Virus record (IMG/VR): IMGVR_UViG_3300000553_000014
Coordinates: 24,303 to 88,302 of that record
Strand: one strand, 5' to 3'
Length of the DNA: 64,000 nucleotides
Source of the DNA: a virus
The notes below the pieces were generated by a model. It was given only the letters and a program-made list of their open reading frames with translations, did not search any database and had not been told where the DNA came from. Made by a program: the position numbers and the translations under genes. Of the stretch, positions 8,800 to 19,448 are shown in pieces (positions within the stretch are counted from its first letter, which is position 1; each line of letters begins with the position of its first letter).

Positions 8800-11445
8800 A
8801 TGTTAATCGAAAATAAATTATTAAAATACTTTAAAGGTGATGAACTTGCATCTTTTGTTTGGGAAAGTAAATATAAGTTTAAAGATGAACAAACACCAAA
8901 TGATATGTTTATTCGTCATGCTACTGAAATTGGACAAACAGAAATAAAAAGAATATCAAAATTATTACCAAAAAAATTAAATAAATTTCAAAAATTATTT
9001 ATAAAACAAAATGAAATAAAATTTGATTTATTATCTGATTATGGTAAAAGAAAATATCATTCATTAGTACAATTACATAAAAATCCTGAATTAATTTTAG
9101 ATGTTTTTGTTAAATTATGTAATTATTCTAATATTGTTTTAGCTGGTTCTTTTTTACAAGGAATTGGAAGACATGAATTTTATTCTTCATTATCAAATTG
9201 TTTTGTTCTTGGACAACCTTATGATTCTTATTCAGGAATAAATGAAAAAGGAAAAGAAATTACTGAAGTAATGAAACGTCGTGGAGGTGCGGGATTAGAT
9301 TTATCAACTATAAGACCTGCAGGGTCAGCAGTTCATAATCAATCAACTCTATCTTCAGGTGTTGTTTTATTTGCTGAAGGATATTCATCAAAAACAAAAG
9401 AAGTTGCACAATATGGCAGAAGAGGAGCTTTAATGCTTACATTAAGTATTAAACATCCTGATTCTGTTGCTTTTGCAAAAGAAAAACAAGATTTATCAAA
9501 AATAACAGGAGCAAATATTTCATTAAAAATGCCTAACGATTTTATGTTAGCTGTTAAAAATGATGAAGATTATTTTCAATGTTTTCCAATTAATAAAGAA
9601 ACATATAAATTAAGATTTGAAGATTTTGAATATAATAAATTAATTGAAATAAAAACTTTAAAATATACTGAAAATATAATTAATTTTTTTAATTTACCAC
9701 AATATGTTAAAAAAGTAAAAGCACGAGATGTTTGGAAAGAAATTACTAAATGTGCCTGGACAACTGCTGAACCTGGACTTGTATTTGAAGATAACTGGAT
9801 TACTTATGGATTAGATGGAATTTACGAACAATATCGACCTATTTCAACTAATCCATGTTCAGAAATACCTATGCAAGCTTATGATGCTTGTCGATTATTA
9901 TCCAAAAATTTATATTCATTAATATCAGAACCATTTACAGAAAATGCTTCAATTGATTATGTTCAAGCATATAATATGTTTTATGAACAATTAGTAATTG
10001 GAGATATTCTTATTGATTTAGAAATGGAATATATTGATAGAATTATTAATAAAATTAAAAATGGTAAAGACCCTCAAGAATTAAAAGATTTTGAAACTGG
10101 AGTTTGGGAAAAAATAAAAACAACTGCTTTAAAAGGAAGACGTTGTGGAGCTGGTTTTATAGGTTTAGGTGATATGCTTGCAGCAATTAATGAAAATTAT
10201 TATTCTCCTGAAATAATAACAAAATTATTTAAAATTAAAATGCAAGCTGAACTTGATGCAACAATTGATTTATCAATTCTTTATGGTAGTTTTGATGGAT
10301 TTGATTCAAAATTAGAAAGTTCATGTCCAACAGAAATGTTGAAAATGATTAAAAAAGAATTTCCTCATCAATTTGAAAAAATGATGAAATATGGTAGACG
10401 AAATGTTTCATGGTCAACCGCAGCTCCAACAGGGTCATTATCAATACAAACTCAAACAACTTCGGGAATTGAACCATTATTTTTAGCATATTATATGCGA
10501 AGAAAAAAATGTATTGACCCTTCTGAACGAATTGATTATGTTGACCCTGCAGATGGTCAAAAGTTTACCGAATATCCCGTTTTACATCCAAAATTTGTGG
10601 AATGGTTTAAAATTGCATTAAAATTTGACCGTCAAAAAGTTGAAAGTTTTACAAAAGCTGACCTTGATTATTTTTTCAAAAAATCTCCTTGGTATGGGAA
10701 TTGCGCTAATGATTTGAATTGGGAGCAAAGAGTTGAAATTCAATCAATTGTTCAAAAATATACAACACATGCAATTTCTTCAACAATAAATTTACCAAAA
10801 GATTGTAGTATTGATTTAATTGGAGATATTTACATGAAAAGTTGGGAAAGTGGTTTAAAAGGAAATACAGTTTATCGTGAAGGTTCTCGTGGTGGAATTT
10901 TAGTAAATAATAATGATAAAATTCCAACAAAATTTGAAGCAAGACATGCTCCAAAACGTCCAAGAACATTACCAGCAATTTATCATACATTAAAATATAG
11001 AAATAAAACTTATTCAGTTGTTATTGGATTTTTTAATGGATTTCCACATGAAGTTTTTGTTATTTCAGGTTTGGATAATTTACCTCAAAATTTTGATGAA
11101 AATGATACAATTAAAGGTTATATTAATAAAGAAGCAAAAGATTGGTATAATTTTGAATCTGAAACATTCTTATTAAAAGATATTTCAGCAATTGAAAAAG
11201 ATGAAAAACTTGTATCATTAATGTTATCAGGATTATTACGTCATGGAGCTCCTTTAAAATATGTGATTAAAACTTTAAATAAAACAAATCCAATTGCTGG
11301 AAGTTTTACACATAAATTGATTAAAATAATTTCAAAATATTTAGTTGATATAAATACAGGTGATTTATGTCCTGAATGTCAAACTGAATTAAAACATGAA
11401 AACGGATGTATTTCGTGTCCAGCTTGTGGTTGGTCTAAATGTTAA
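8800..11445 (+). CDS. nrdJ: class II (adenosylcobalamin-dependent) ribonucleotide reductase
   Basis: SLSNCFV, RRGGAGLDLSTIRP, RRGALM, TNPCSEIP, APTGSLS, HAISSTINLP and LKGNTVYREGSR motifs, plus a C-terminal CPEC/CPAC Zn ribbon. No NrdB nearby. Confidence 0.92.
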   Translation: MLIENKLLKYFKGDELASFVWESKYKFKDEQTPNDMFIRHATEIGQTEIKRISKLLPKKLNKFQKLFIKQNEIKFDLLSDYGKRKYHSLVQLHKNPELILDVFVKLCNYSNIVLAGSFLQGIGRHEFYSSLSNCFVLGQPYDSYSGINEKGKEITEVMKRRGGAGLDLSTIRPAGSAVHNQSTLSSGVVLFAEGYSSKTKEVAQYGRRGALMLTLSIKHPDSVAFAKEKQDLSKITGANISLKMPNDFMLAVKNDEDYFQCFPINKETYKLRFEDFEYNKLIEIKTLKYTENIINFFNLPQYVKKVKARDVWKEITKCAWTTAEPGLVFEDNWITYGLDGIYEQYRPISTNPCSEIPMQAYDACRLLSKNLYSLISEPFTENASIDYVQAYNMFYEQLVIGDILIDLEMEYIDRIINKIKNGKDPQELKDFETGVWEKIKTTALKGRRCGAGFIGLGDMLAAINENYYSPEIITKLFKIKMQAELDATIDLSILYGSFDGFDSKLESSCPTEMLKMIKKEFPHQFEKMMKYGRRNVSWSTAAPTGSLSIQTQTTSGIEPLFLAYYMRRKKCIDPSERIDYVDPADGQKFTEYPVLHPKFVEWFKIALKFDRQKVESFTKADLDYFFKKSPWYGNCANDLNWEQRVEIQSIVQKYTTHAISSTINLPKDCSIDLIGDIYMKSWESGLKGNTVYREGSRGGILVNNNDKIPTKFEARHAPKRPRTLPAIYHTLKYRNKTYSVVIGFFNGFPHEVFVISGLDNLPQNFDENDTIKGYINKEAKDWYNFESETFLLKDISAIEKDEKLVSLMLSGLLRHGAPLKYVIKTLNKTNPIAGSFTHKLIKIISKYLVDINTGDLCPECQTELKHENGCISCPACGWSKC

Positions 11446-11462
11446 AATAATTAAAATCAAAT

Positions 11463-11505
11463 AAAATGAGCAATTAAATCATAAAACATTTGATTGCTCA
11501 TTTTT
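11463..11505 (+). terminator. intrinsic terminator overlapping promoter copy 4
   Basis: aaaatgagcaattaaat / atttgattgctcatttt followed by a T run. Confidence 0.7.
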
Positions 11506-11524
11506 ATTTTATTTTATGGATATA
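11495..11524 (+). promoter_or_regulatory. phage promoter motif copy 4
   Basis: TGCTCA-N16-TGGATATA. Confidence 0.8.
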
Positions 11525-11551
11525 AATAATATTAATAAATAATTATCAATA

Positions 11552-12007
11552 ATGGAACAAAATAAAGAAAATTACGAAGATAAATTGTTTGAACAAAGAA
11601 AAAATGAACAATTAAGTTTAAAATTTGATAAATCAATATTAGCACGAATGTATAATAATGATATTGATTTATTTAGGGAAATGTGTATTGAAAGAAAAGA
11701 AAAAAATTTAGGATTTAAAGATACTTCAGAAACAAATCTTAAAAAAGCATTATTTGCTATTTATGAAAATACGGGAGGTGGTGGTTTATCTAATAAAGAT
11801 TCTAAATACCCAGAAGAACGTATTATGTATTATATTGAACAAGCTTTAGAAGAATTTAAACCAATAAAAATTTGGAAAATTCCTATTATTGCAAGTAATG
11901 AAAGCGTATCAGGAAAAGTTTTTGAATTAAAAGAAAATTCTGAAATATATAATATAATATTTGAACTCAATAATGGAATAATTCCAAACAAAATTAAATT
12001 TTTATAA
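11552..12007 (+). CDS. hypothetical protein
   Basis: ORF after promoter motif. Confidence 0.7.
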   Translation: MEQNKENYEDKLFEQRKNEQLSLKFDKSILARMYNNDIDLFREMCIERKEKNLGFKDTSETNLKKALFAIYENTGGGGLSNKDSKYPEERIMYYIEQALEEFKPIKIWKIPIIASNESVSGKVFELKENSEIYNIIFELNNGIIPNKIKFL

Positions 12008-12008
12008 T

Positions 12009-12791
12009 ATGGGACTAAGAAAAATACTTCAAAATTTTATATTTGGTAAAAATTTGACAAAAAATTTAGAACAAAAATTAAATCAAATAAATAATACAAT
12101 TCCAACAATTTCTGGTTTAGATGTTGAACAAATATTTTTATTTGATTTTAAAAATTATGCTTCACAGTATAATACTGGATTTGGTAATCAAGTTGTTATT
12201 GGTAATGGAATAAATCCAGGACATGGAAATGAAGATTCTGATAATTCTCCAGATACTGATAATAAAAAATATGTTAAATTAAAAGTAAAACCTATTGATG
12301 TTTTAAATCAATTAGAGACTATTCCAACACCTTTTGATTTAATGTTATTAGATGAAAAAATTGAAATTCTTAAAGAAAAAGAAAAATTAATTATTCAACA
12401 TTATTCTAAACGTGAAATTAACGCATTAATAATTCGTTTAGAAAATCGTAAAAAATATTCGGAATATAAAGAATTTTTTGAAAAATTTCAAAATACAACT
12501 GATGAAAAAATTGATATTTTATTAGATAAATATGAATTAGTTATGAAAACTTCAGATATTTTTATTCCTGAATTTCCAACTGAAGCAATAAAAATAATGA
12601 CCGAATATACTGAAAAAACTATTGCAATAACAACAAAAAAACCAGTTTTTTATGTTATAGCTGAAAATTCAAAATTTCAAAAAGCTTATAAACAAAGAGA
12701 CCCAATATTATTAGCTCAAAGTCCATTTGGATTTTATTGGCAAATACTTGGAGCTTGGGATAAAGAAATGTTAATATTATCTGAACTTTAA
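12009..12791 (+). CDS. conserved phage hypothetical protein
   Basis: 260-aa ORF with C-terminal RDPILLAQSPFGFYWQILGAWD. Confidence 0.75.
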   Translation: MGLRKILQNFIFGKNLTKNLEQKLNQINNTIPTISGLDVEQIFLFDFKNYASQYNTGFGNQVVIGNGINPGHGNEDSDNSPDTDNKKYVKLKVKPIDVLNQLETIPTPFDLMLLDEKIEILKEKEKLIIQHYSKREINALIIRLENRKKYSEYKEFFEKFQNTTDEKIDILLDKYELVMKTSDIFIPEFPTEAIKIMTEYTEKTIAITTKKPVFYVIAENSKFQKAYKQRDPILLAQSPFGFYWQILGAWDKEMLILSEL

Positions 12792-12795
12792 AATT

Positions 12796-13341
12796 ATGGA
12801 AAATTTATTACAAATATTAAAAATTTGGTTTACACAACCAATAGTTTTAATAATAATGATTACATTTTTATTTTGGATATTAATAATAACATTATTATTT
12901 TGGTTTTTAAAAAATTATGTTACAACACATATAAATTATCTTAATTCTTTGTCAAATGCGACTACAAAGCAATTAAGTTCAGAAATTTCAAAGTCGCAAA
13001 GATATGGTTTAATTAATAATATTAAATTTATGAAAAAATTTTTTCAAAAAATTCTTTTAATTATAACAATTGGAGTTCTTTTTGGTGGAATAACTATCCT
13101 TTGTTTAAGATACCAAGATAACGGTAAAAAAATAACAATCCAAACTCAACAAAAAACTTTGGATTCGCTTGCAAATGTTATTCGATTTAAAGACAATCAA
13201 CCAAAAACATTTACAAATGACAGTTTGCTTATAAGTATTAAACAAAATAATATTGATTGTCAAGAGTTAATTAAAACTCAATTATTAATAATGAAAAATT
13301 TAGATAGAAGAATTAGAATATTGGAGGATTATGAATATTAA
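12796..13341 (+). CDS. membrane protein (two TM segments plus coiled coil), possible lysis accessory
   Basis: Two hydrophobic helices, directly upstream of the transglycosylase. Confidence 0.55.
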   Translation: MENLLQILKIWFTQPIVLIIMITFLFWILIITLLFWFLKNYVTTHINYLNSLSNATTKQLSSEISKSQRYGLINNIKFMKKFFQKILLIITIGVLFGGITILCLRYQDNGKKITIQTQQKTLDSLANVIRFKDNQPKTFTNDSLLISIKQNNIDCQELIKTQLLIMKNLDRRIRILEDYEY

Positions 13342-13355
13342 CTAAAAATTAAATT

Positions 13356-13883
13356 ATGTCAAATTATAAATTACTTGTATTTTTTATAATAGTTGTTATA
13401 TTATTATTTGTTAATTTTGAACTTAACAAATCAGCAAAAAATACTGAATTAAAAAAGTCTGAAATTATTAAAGAAAAAACTGATTGGGATTATTTGCAAG
13501 ATGCAATAATTTATACTGAAAGTCATGGAATTGATACAATAAAAGGGGAATGTCATAGTTTGGGGTGTTTGCAAATAACTCCAATTTATGTAAAACAAGT
13601 AAATATTATTTCAGGAGCTCATTATACTTTAGATGATAGAAAAAGTAGAAAAAAATCTATTGAAATGTTTGAGATTTTACAAAATCATTATAATCCTGAA
13701 AAAAATTTATTAAAAGCACTTTATTATCATAATCCTAATTATCCTAAAAAATATGAACAAAAAATATTTAGGAAAATAAATGAATTAAAATTTCAGGATA
13801 AATGTATTAAATGGGAAAAATATAAAGATTATTATTTTCCGAAATTTAAACCAAAAGATACATGTTTTATATTTCATATTTAA
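13356..13883 (+). CDS. lytic transglycosylase/lysozyme-like protein with N-terminal signal anchor
   Basis: AIIYTES catalytic-Glu motif, GCLQI motif and an N-terminal TM. Confidence 0.75.
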   Translation: MSNYKLLVFFIIVVILLFVNFELNKSAKNTELKKSEIIKEKTDWDYLQDAIIYTESHGIDTIKGECHSLGCLQITPIYVKQVNIISGAHYTLDDRKSRKKSIEMFEILQNHYNPEKNLLKALYYHNPNYPKKYEQKIFRKINELKFQDKCIKWEKYKDYYFPKFKPKDTCFIFHI

Positions 13884-13924
13884 AAAATGGGCAATCAAAA
13901 TTAAATTGATTGCCCATTTTTTTT
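13882..13924 (+). terminator. intrinsic terminator overlapping promoter copy 5
   Basis: aaaaaatgggcaatcaa / ttgattgcccatttttt. Confidence 0.75.
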
Positions 13925-13940
13925 CATTTTTATGGATATA
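13911..13940 (+). promoter_or_regulatory. phage promoter motif copy 5
   Basis: TGCCCA-N16-TGGATATA. Confidence 0.8.
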
Positions 13941-13973
13941 AAAATTAATATTAATAACTAATTCACAATAAAT

Positions 13974-15416
13974 ATGCACATTAATAAAGATTTAATTGAA
14001 AGAATAAAAATAACAGCTAAAAAATCATTAGCAAATAAAAGAAAAGTTGGAGCAGTTTTGATTGATGAAAATAAAGAAAATCCAGAAATTTTCGTTATTT
14101 ATTCTGATGGATATAATAGAATTAATGAAAAATTATTACCTTATCCAATTGAAAATTCTAAAAATATAACATTTGATTATGTTCTTCATGCTGAAGAAGA
14201 TGCAATAATGAATTATGTAAGAACATTAAAAAATAATAATGTTGGAATACGAAATTTAGTTATGTATAATACATATTCTCCTTGTTATCAATGTTCAAAA
14301 ATGATTGTTGAATTAGGAATTAAAAAAGTTGTTTATCTTGAAGAACATAAATCAAATTTTATAACTCCTTCAGTTGAAGAAGGTTATTCTCCAAAAGAAT
14401 TTTTAGAAAAATCTGGAGTTGAAGTAATTCATTATAAAGAAGAAGAAATTGAAACAAAAGAAGTTGAAACAAAAGAAATTGCAATAATTTATCATTCAAA
14501 AGATGCTGATGGGTTTATGTCTGCATTTTTATTACGAAATTATTATAATTTTGATGCTTGCAATATTACATTATTTCCATATTGTTATGAAAAAGAAGCT
14601 GAATGGATGTATGGAAATTTTGATATTTATTTGTTTGGAGATATAACACCAACTATAGAATGGTTAGAAAATAATGTTGAATTATTTAATTCACATAAAA
14701 AAATTATAAAAATTTATGACCATCATGAAACAAAATTTAATGAAATATTTAAAATAATTGATAAATATTCATTAGTTATTGATTATCATTTTTATCCTGA
14801 TAAATCAGGAGCAAAAATTGTTTATAATTTTTTACATCCAAATCAAAAATTTAATGAAATAATTGATTTAATATCATTATATGATACATGGCAATTTGAT
14901 GCTAAAGATTTTGACCCTGAATTAAAAGAAAATGTAATTGCATTTGATTTACAATTAAAACAATTAAATAAATCAAATACTTATTGGGAATTTGCAAGTT
15001 TAATGAATCAATTAATTGATGAAGATGAAAAAAGAATAAATCAATTTGTTATTGATTCAATTAAAAAAGGTAAAAAATTATTATCTGAAATGCAAATTGA
15101 AATTCAAAAAATAATAAATTCCGGAATTTATAATGAAACAGGATTATTTATTTATTTTGGCAAACCTGAATATTTTATAACTGAAAAAATATATCAACAA
15201 TATCCTGAAACTAAATTTATTATAGCTATGAATAATAAATTAAATGAAGATAAAATATCATTTAGTGTACGTTCTAAAAAATATAATTGTGTAGATTTTG
15301 TAAGGCGATATTCAAAAGATGGAGGAGGTCATTTAGGAGCTGCTGGATTCAATGTAGAAATGTCAGAAGGTTATCGAATAATAGAAAGTTTAAAAATTTT
15401 AACATTAAATAATTAA
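13974..15416 (+). CDS. dCMP-deaminase-like / DHH-DHHA1 phosphoesterase fusion
   Basis: N-terminal KVGAV, GYN, HAE and SPCYQC (CDA fold). C-terminal YHSKDADG, DHH, SVRS and GGGHLGAAG. Confidence 0.88.
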   Translation: MHINKDLIERIKITAKKSLANKRKVGAVLIDENKENPEIFVIYSDGYNRINEKLLPYPIENSKNITFDYVLHAEEDAIMNYVRTLKNNNVGIRNLVMYNTYSPCYQCSKMIVELGIKKVVYLEEHKSNFITPSVEEGYSPKEFLEKSGVEVIHYKEEEIETKEVETKEIAIIYHSKDADGFMSAFLLRNYYNFDACNITLFPYCYEKEAEWMYGNFDIYLFGDITPTIEWLENNVELFNSHKKIIKIYDHHETKFNEIFKIIDKYSLVIDYHFYPDKSGAKIVYNFLHPNQKFNEIIDLISLYDTWQFDAKDFDPELKENVIAFDLQLKQLNKSNTYWEFASLMNQLIDEDEKRINQFVIDSIKKGKKLLSEMQIEIQKIINSGIYNETGLFIYFGKPEYFITEKIYQQYPETKFIIAMNNKLNEDKISFSVRSKKYNCVDFVRRYSKDGGGHLGAAGFNVEMSEGYRIIESLKILTLNN

Positions 15417-15433
15417 CATATAATAAAAAAATA

Positions 15434-16249
15434 ATGACACAAAACAATCAAGACAATCAAAAAGAATTTAAAAAATTTGACAGAATAGTTAAATTAGATT
15501 TTTCAAAAATTTTAAAAGAAAAAAAATCGATTTTTGAACCAAATGTAAAAATGACACAAAAAGCTTATGATAAAATTTGTGAAATTTGGAACAAAGATGA
15601 AAAATCTCGTAAATTTTTAAAACATATTATTTCAGCATTTTTTCCAATTAATAATTGGAATAAAGTAATGTTTAAAAAAGATACAGATATTATTAAATGT
15701 GCAATTCTTAATCATGATTTGACAGGAATTTCAAATATATCTGAATCATTAGCTGGATATTCAATGAAAAAAATGTTTATAGATGCAAATTGTATTCTTG
15801 AAGGTGATGTAATAAATAATGAAAAGAAATCCAGACTTTATAAAAAAGAAGAACTTGATGAATTAAATTCATTAAGAAATTCATTACCAATTTCAATTCG
15901 TGAAGGGGATTTTGCATATATGTGTGAAAAATCCGATAAATTTATTTCAGGAGAAACTGCAATTGCATTACAACAATTTATTGAACTTCTAATTTTAAAT
16001 GGAGATAAAGAAATGACCAATATGATTAGAAAAATGCGAAATGAATCTATGAAAGATGAATGGAATAATGATTTAGATACAGAATTAAAAATAACTGCTC
16101 ATGATTTTGAACAAAAACGTCAAAAAGAACAAAAACAAATTGCAAAAGAAATTTTAGAATCTAAAGCCCCGAAATTAAGTGATAATTTAAATACTTCAAC
16201 ATTAAGTAAATTAGAAGAATTAAAATTAAAAATGCAAGAAAATGAATAA
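15434..16249 (+). CDS. hypothetical protein
   Basis: 271-aa ORF. Confidence 0.75.
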   Translation: MTQNNQDNQKEFKKFDRIVKLDFSKILKEKKSIFEPNVKMTQKAYDKICEIWNKDEKSRKFLKHIISAFFPINNWNKVMFKKDTDIIKCAILNHDLTGISNISESLAGYSMKKMFIDANCILEGDVINNEKKSRLYKKEELDELNSLRNSLPISIREGDFAYMCEKSDKFISGETAIALQQFIELLILNGDKEMTNMIRKMRNESMKDEWNNDLDTELKITAHDFEQKRQKEQKQIAKEILESKAPKLSDNLNTSTLSKLEELKLKMQENE

Positions 16250-18065
16250 TGATGAAAGAATGCAAAATATAATTGGTACACAAATGCTTGCTGATTATGT
16301 TATTAAAGATTTAAATAAATGGGTTGAAGCTTCAAAAGAATATTATACTGGAGAAGCTATTATGTCTGACCCTGAATTTGATGAACTTCAAGAAAAATTA
16401 CTTAATTATAAAATTCCTGTAATAACAGAATTTATTCAATCAGGTATATATCGTAATGGAACAATTGAAGAAGTTACAGAATATACTCAGGAAATGATTA
16501 GTCTTTTTAAAATTAAATATGCTGATAAATCATCGATTACAGATATTAAAAAATATTTAATTTTTGCTATTCAATCAAAAATTCCTTTATATTATGGACC
16601 AAAATTTGATGGTGCTGCGTTAAAAATTGTATGGGAATTTTCTGAAAATATTGAAAGAATTATTCAAATTCAAAGTAGAGGTGGTTTAGATGTTACAAGA
16701 TTATTTATTAATCATCCTCAAATTTTAGCAACAAAAAAATATCGTAAAAATATAATTTGTGGAGAACTTGTAATTAATAAAAGAATTTTTATTGAAGAAT
16801 ATTCAGATGAATGGGAAAATCCAAGAAATTTTGTTGGTAAATTATTAAAACAAAAAACAATTGAACAATCTATTATTAATAATTTAAGTTTTATTCCTTG
16901 TACAGATGGAATAAATAAAATTAATGATAATGTTTGGAATATTTTAGAACTTCAAAATCTTTATAATCTTGAAAATATAATAAAAAATTATAAATCTGAT
17001 AATTTTCCTTTTTTATGTGATGGAATTGTTATAGCTTATGATACTGAAACTCGAATAATTAAAGATAATTATCCATTAAATATGGTTGCAATTAAATTTA
17101 AAGGTGCTCGAGTAAAAACAAAAGTTACTGGATTTGATTGGACTCAAAAGAAATCTGGAAAATTAACTCCAATGATTTTAGTTGAACATGTTCCTTTAGA
17201 AGGCATAACAATTACAAAAGCAAATGGTTATAATTATCAAAATGTTTTAGATAATCATATTGGTATTGGTTCAGAAATTGAAGTTGAAAAATCTGGAGAT
17301 ATTATTCCTGTTGTTGCTAAAGTTTTATCTTATTCAAAAGAAATAAATTTACCAACTTGTGAATATATTAGAAGTGGTAAACATTTAATTGCAGTAAATC
17401 TTGAAGAATCACGAAGATATAAATTTATTCTTGGATTAAAATTATTAAATATTGATGGTATTGGTGATACTCTTGCAGAAAAAATTGGAGAAATTGTTAA
17501 TTTTGATATTATTAATTTATTTGATAATAAACATAAACCAGCAATTTTCCAAACTTTGGGTGGTGGAGCAAATTGGTTAAAATTTTGCGAATTTTATAAT
17601 ATTAAATCTTTATATCTTGACCAACTTATTGCAATACTTCAATTTAATGGAGTTGGACCTATTTTAGCTAAAAAAATAGCATTATTAATTACAAAAAAAT
17701 CTAACGATACTTCAAATATGTCTTCAGATATAATATCAAATGTTTGTCGAGGTGAAGGGTTTAAAAAAATTACTGATTCAATTGAAAAATTAAAATCTGT
17801 TAATATTAAGGTTTTAACTCCAATTGAAATTAATGAAGATACTATTACTTTTGAAATGACAGGAAATCCTCCAAATATGACAAAAGAAGATTTTGTTAAA
17901 AAATTAAAAGAAAGATTTCCAAATTCAATTTATGAAGCTCTCAAAAAAGATACAAAATATTTATTTTGTGATAATTTAACATCAAATACATCAAAATGTA
18001 ATAAGGCTCGAAAATATAATATTAAAACTATATTATATTCAGATGCTTTAAATGGAAAATTTTAA
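16242..18065 (+). CDS. ligA: NAD-dependent DNA ligase
   Basis: YY...MSDPEFD, KFDG, SRG, GE, NPRN, DGIV, AIKF, KSGDIIP, HhH motifs and a C-terminal BRCT. Confidence 0.92.
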   Translation: MNNDERMQNIIGTQMLADYVIKDLNKWVEASKEYYTGEAIMSDPEFDELQEKLLNYKIPVITEFIQSGIYRNGTIEEVTEYTQEMISLFKIKYADKSSITDIKKYLIFAIQSKIPLYYGPKFDGAALKIVWEFSENIERIIQIQSRGGLDVTRLFINHPQILATKKYRKNIICGELVINKRIFIEEYSDEWENPRNFVGKLLKQKTIEQSIINNLSFIPCTDGINKINDNVWNILELQNLYNLENIIKNYKSDNFPFLCDGIVIAYDTETRIIKDNYPLNMVAIKFKGARVKTKVTGFDWTQKKSGKLTPMILVEHVPLEGITITKANGYNYQNVLDNHIGIGSEIEVEKSGDIIPVVAKVLSYSKEINLPTCEYIRSGKHLIAVNLEESRRYKFILGLKLLNIDGIGDTLAEKIGEIVNFDIINLFDNKHKPAIFQTLGGGANWLKFCEFYNIKSLYLDQLIAILQFNGVGPILAKKIALLITKKSNDTSNMSSDIISNVCRGEGFKKITDSIEKLKSVNIKVLTPIEINEDTITFEMTGNPPNMTKEDFVKKLKERFPNSIYEALKKDTKYLFCDNLTSNTSKCNKARKYNIKTILYSDALNGKF

Positions 18066-18402
18066 TATTATGTTAAAACAAAAATTTAAATTTGAATTAA
18101 ATGTTTGGGTTACTTTTGAATTAAACAATATTACATGTATAGGTAGAACATTAATTCTTAACCTAAATGGAATTGATACAGAAATGATTGGAGCAGTTGA
18201 TTCAGCTGGAATGGTTGGACACATGAAATTTACAGATGTAACAAATATTAAAAAATTAACAATTTTAAAAGAAACTGATGGAGATAGAAAATATAGAGAA
18301 GTTCAAAAAGAAGCACAAAAACTTGATGAAAATTATGATGAACATAGTGCAAAAGTATTAGATTTATTTTTAATTTTTAATAAAGATAAATTAGAAGCGT
18401 AA
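18052..18402 (+). CDS. hypothetical protein
   Basis: ORF track. Confidence 0.65.
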   Translation: MENFNIMLKQKFKFELNVWVTFELNNITCIGRTLILNLNGIDTEMIGAVDSAGMVGHMKFTDVTNIKKLTILKETDGDRKYREVQKEAQKLDENYDEHSAKVLDLFLIFNKDKLEA

Positions 18403-18419
18403 TTCAAATTTTATTTGAT

Positions 18420-18449
18420 TGCTCATTTTTTCCATAAAATATGGATATA
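18420..18449 (+). promoter_or_regulatory. phage promoter motif copy 6
   Basis: TGCTCA-N16-TGGATATA. Confidence 0.8.
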
Positions 18450-18500
18450 AAATATATAATGTATAAATAAATCAAAATAACTAAAAAATCTTATCAAATT

Positions 18501-19448
18501 ATGTTTATAGCAAATTTTACACCACTCGAAAATCAAGTTTTATCATTATTTAATGAAGGAAATAAAACTTTTGATAAATTATTGGAAACAGTTTCATTTA
18601 GTGAAAAAACATTAGTTAATACTTTGGAATTATTGTTATCAAAAAATGTTTTAAAATTTAATGTTGAAAAAAATATTTATGAGTATGATAGTCCAATTAA
18701 TGAAGAAATGATTGTTCTTGATGGAAATATTTTATTACCTACAACTATAATTCGAATGCCAGATAAAAATATAATGTATGTAACAAGAGGTTCATGGTAT
18801 AAATTTCCATTAGATTTTGATATTAGACGAATTATTTGGAATGTAAAAGTTCAATCAAAAACTAATTCAACATTAGTTGATTTAATTAAAACTTCAATTT
18901 TGAAAGAAAGAAAATCAAAAATCATTCAAATGACTGAATATGATTCTTTACGAAATAAAGTTGTACCTTATTCAAATAAAATTGGATTATTGCTAAATAC
19001 TATTGGTGAAGATGTTACAGATGTTACAATAATTTTTAAAATAAAATTATCTGAAGATGATGTTTCACCAGAACATAGAGGTTTTACTATTAGAACAGAA
19101 ATTGCTACACAAGAATTACTTGAACAATTAAAAACTCCTGTTGCACAAAGAGATTATACAAAAATTAAATTAAATCATATTTTTAATTTTAGTGATTTTA
19201 TTTTTTCCAAAAATGAAATACCATTAAATTTATCAAATAATGAATTAACTTATTTAAAAATAACTGGAGTTAAAAAACAATTTGAATTTACTTATTATAA
19301 ATTAAATTTTGCAGGAAATGTTCAAAAACTTGATGTTGAAACATTTGATGATTCAACTGAAGCAATTGAAAAATTAAGAGATTTATTCAATACTCTTCCA
19401 ACCTTAATCTTAACCGAAAACAATTTTATGTGTGAATTAAGTGAATAA
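18501..19448 (+). CDS. hypothetical protein with probable N-terminal winged-helix domain
   Basis: The N-terminal ~62 aa resemble a wHTH (LENQVLSLF...TFDKLLE...SEKTLVNTLELLLSKNVLK). Confidence 0.65.
   Translation: MFIANFTPLENQVLSLFNEGNKTFDKLLETVSFSEKTLVNTLELLLSKNVLKFNVEKNIYEYDSPINEEMIVLDGNILLPTTIIRMPDKNIMYVTRGSWYKFPLDFDIRRIIWNVKVQSKTNSTLVDLIKTSILKERKSKIIQMTEYDSLRNKVVPYSNKIGLLLNTIGEDVTDVTIIFKIKLSEDDVSPEHRGFTIRTEIATQELLEQLKTPVAQRDYTKIKLNHIFNFSDFIFSKNEIPLNLSNNELTYLKITGVKKQFEFTYYKLNFAGNVQKLDVETFDDSTEAIEKLRDLFNTLPTLILTENNFMCELSE

Noticed and set aside
8800-11445. Intein or intron in nrdJ or polB
   Set aside because: Catalytic motifs are contiguous, with no intein splice-junction residues or homing endonuclease motifs seen.
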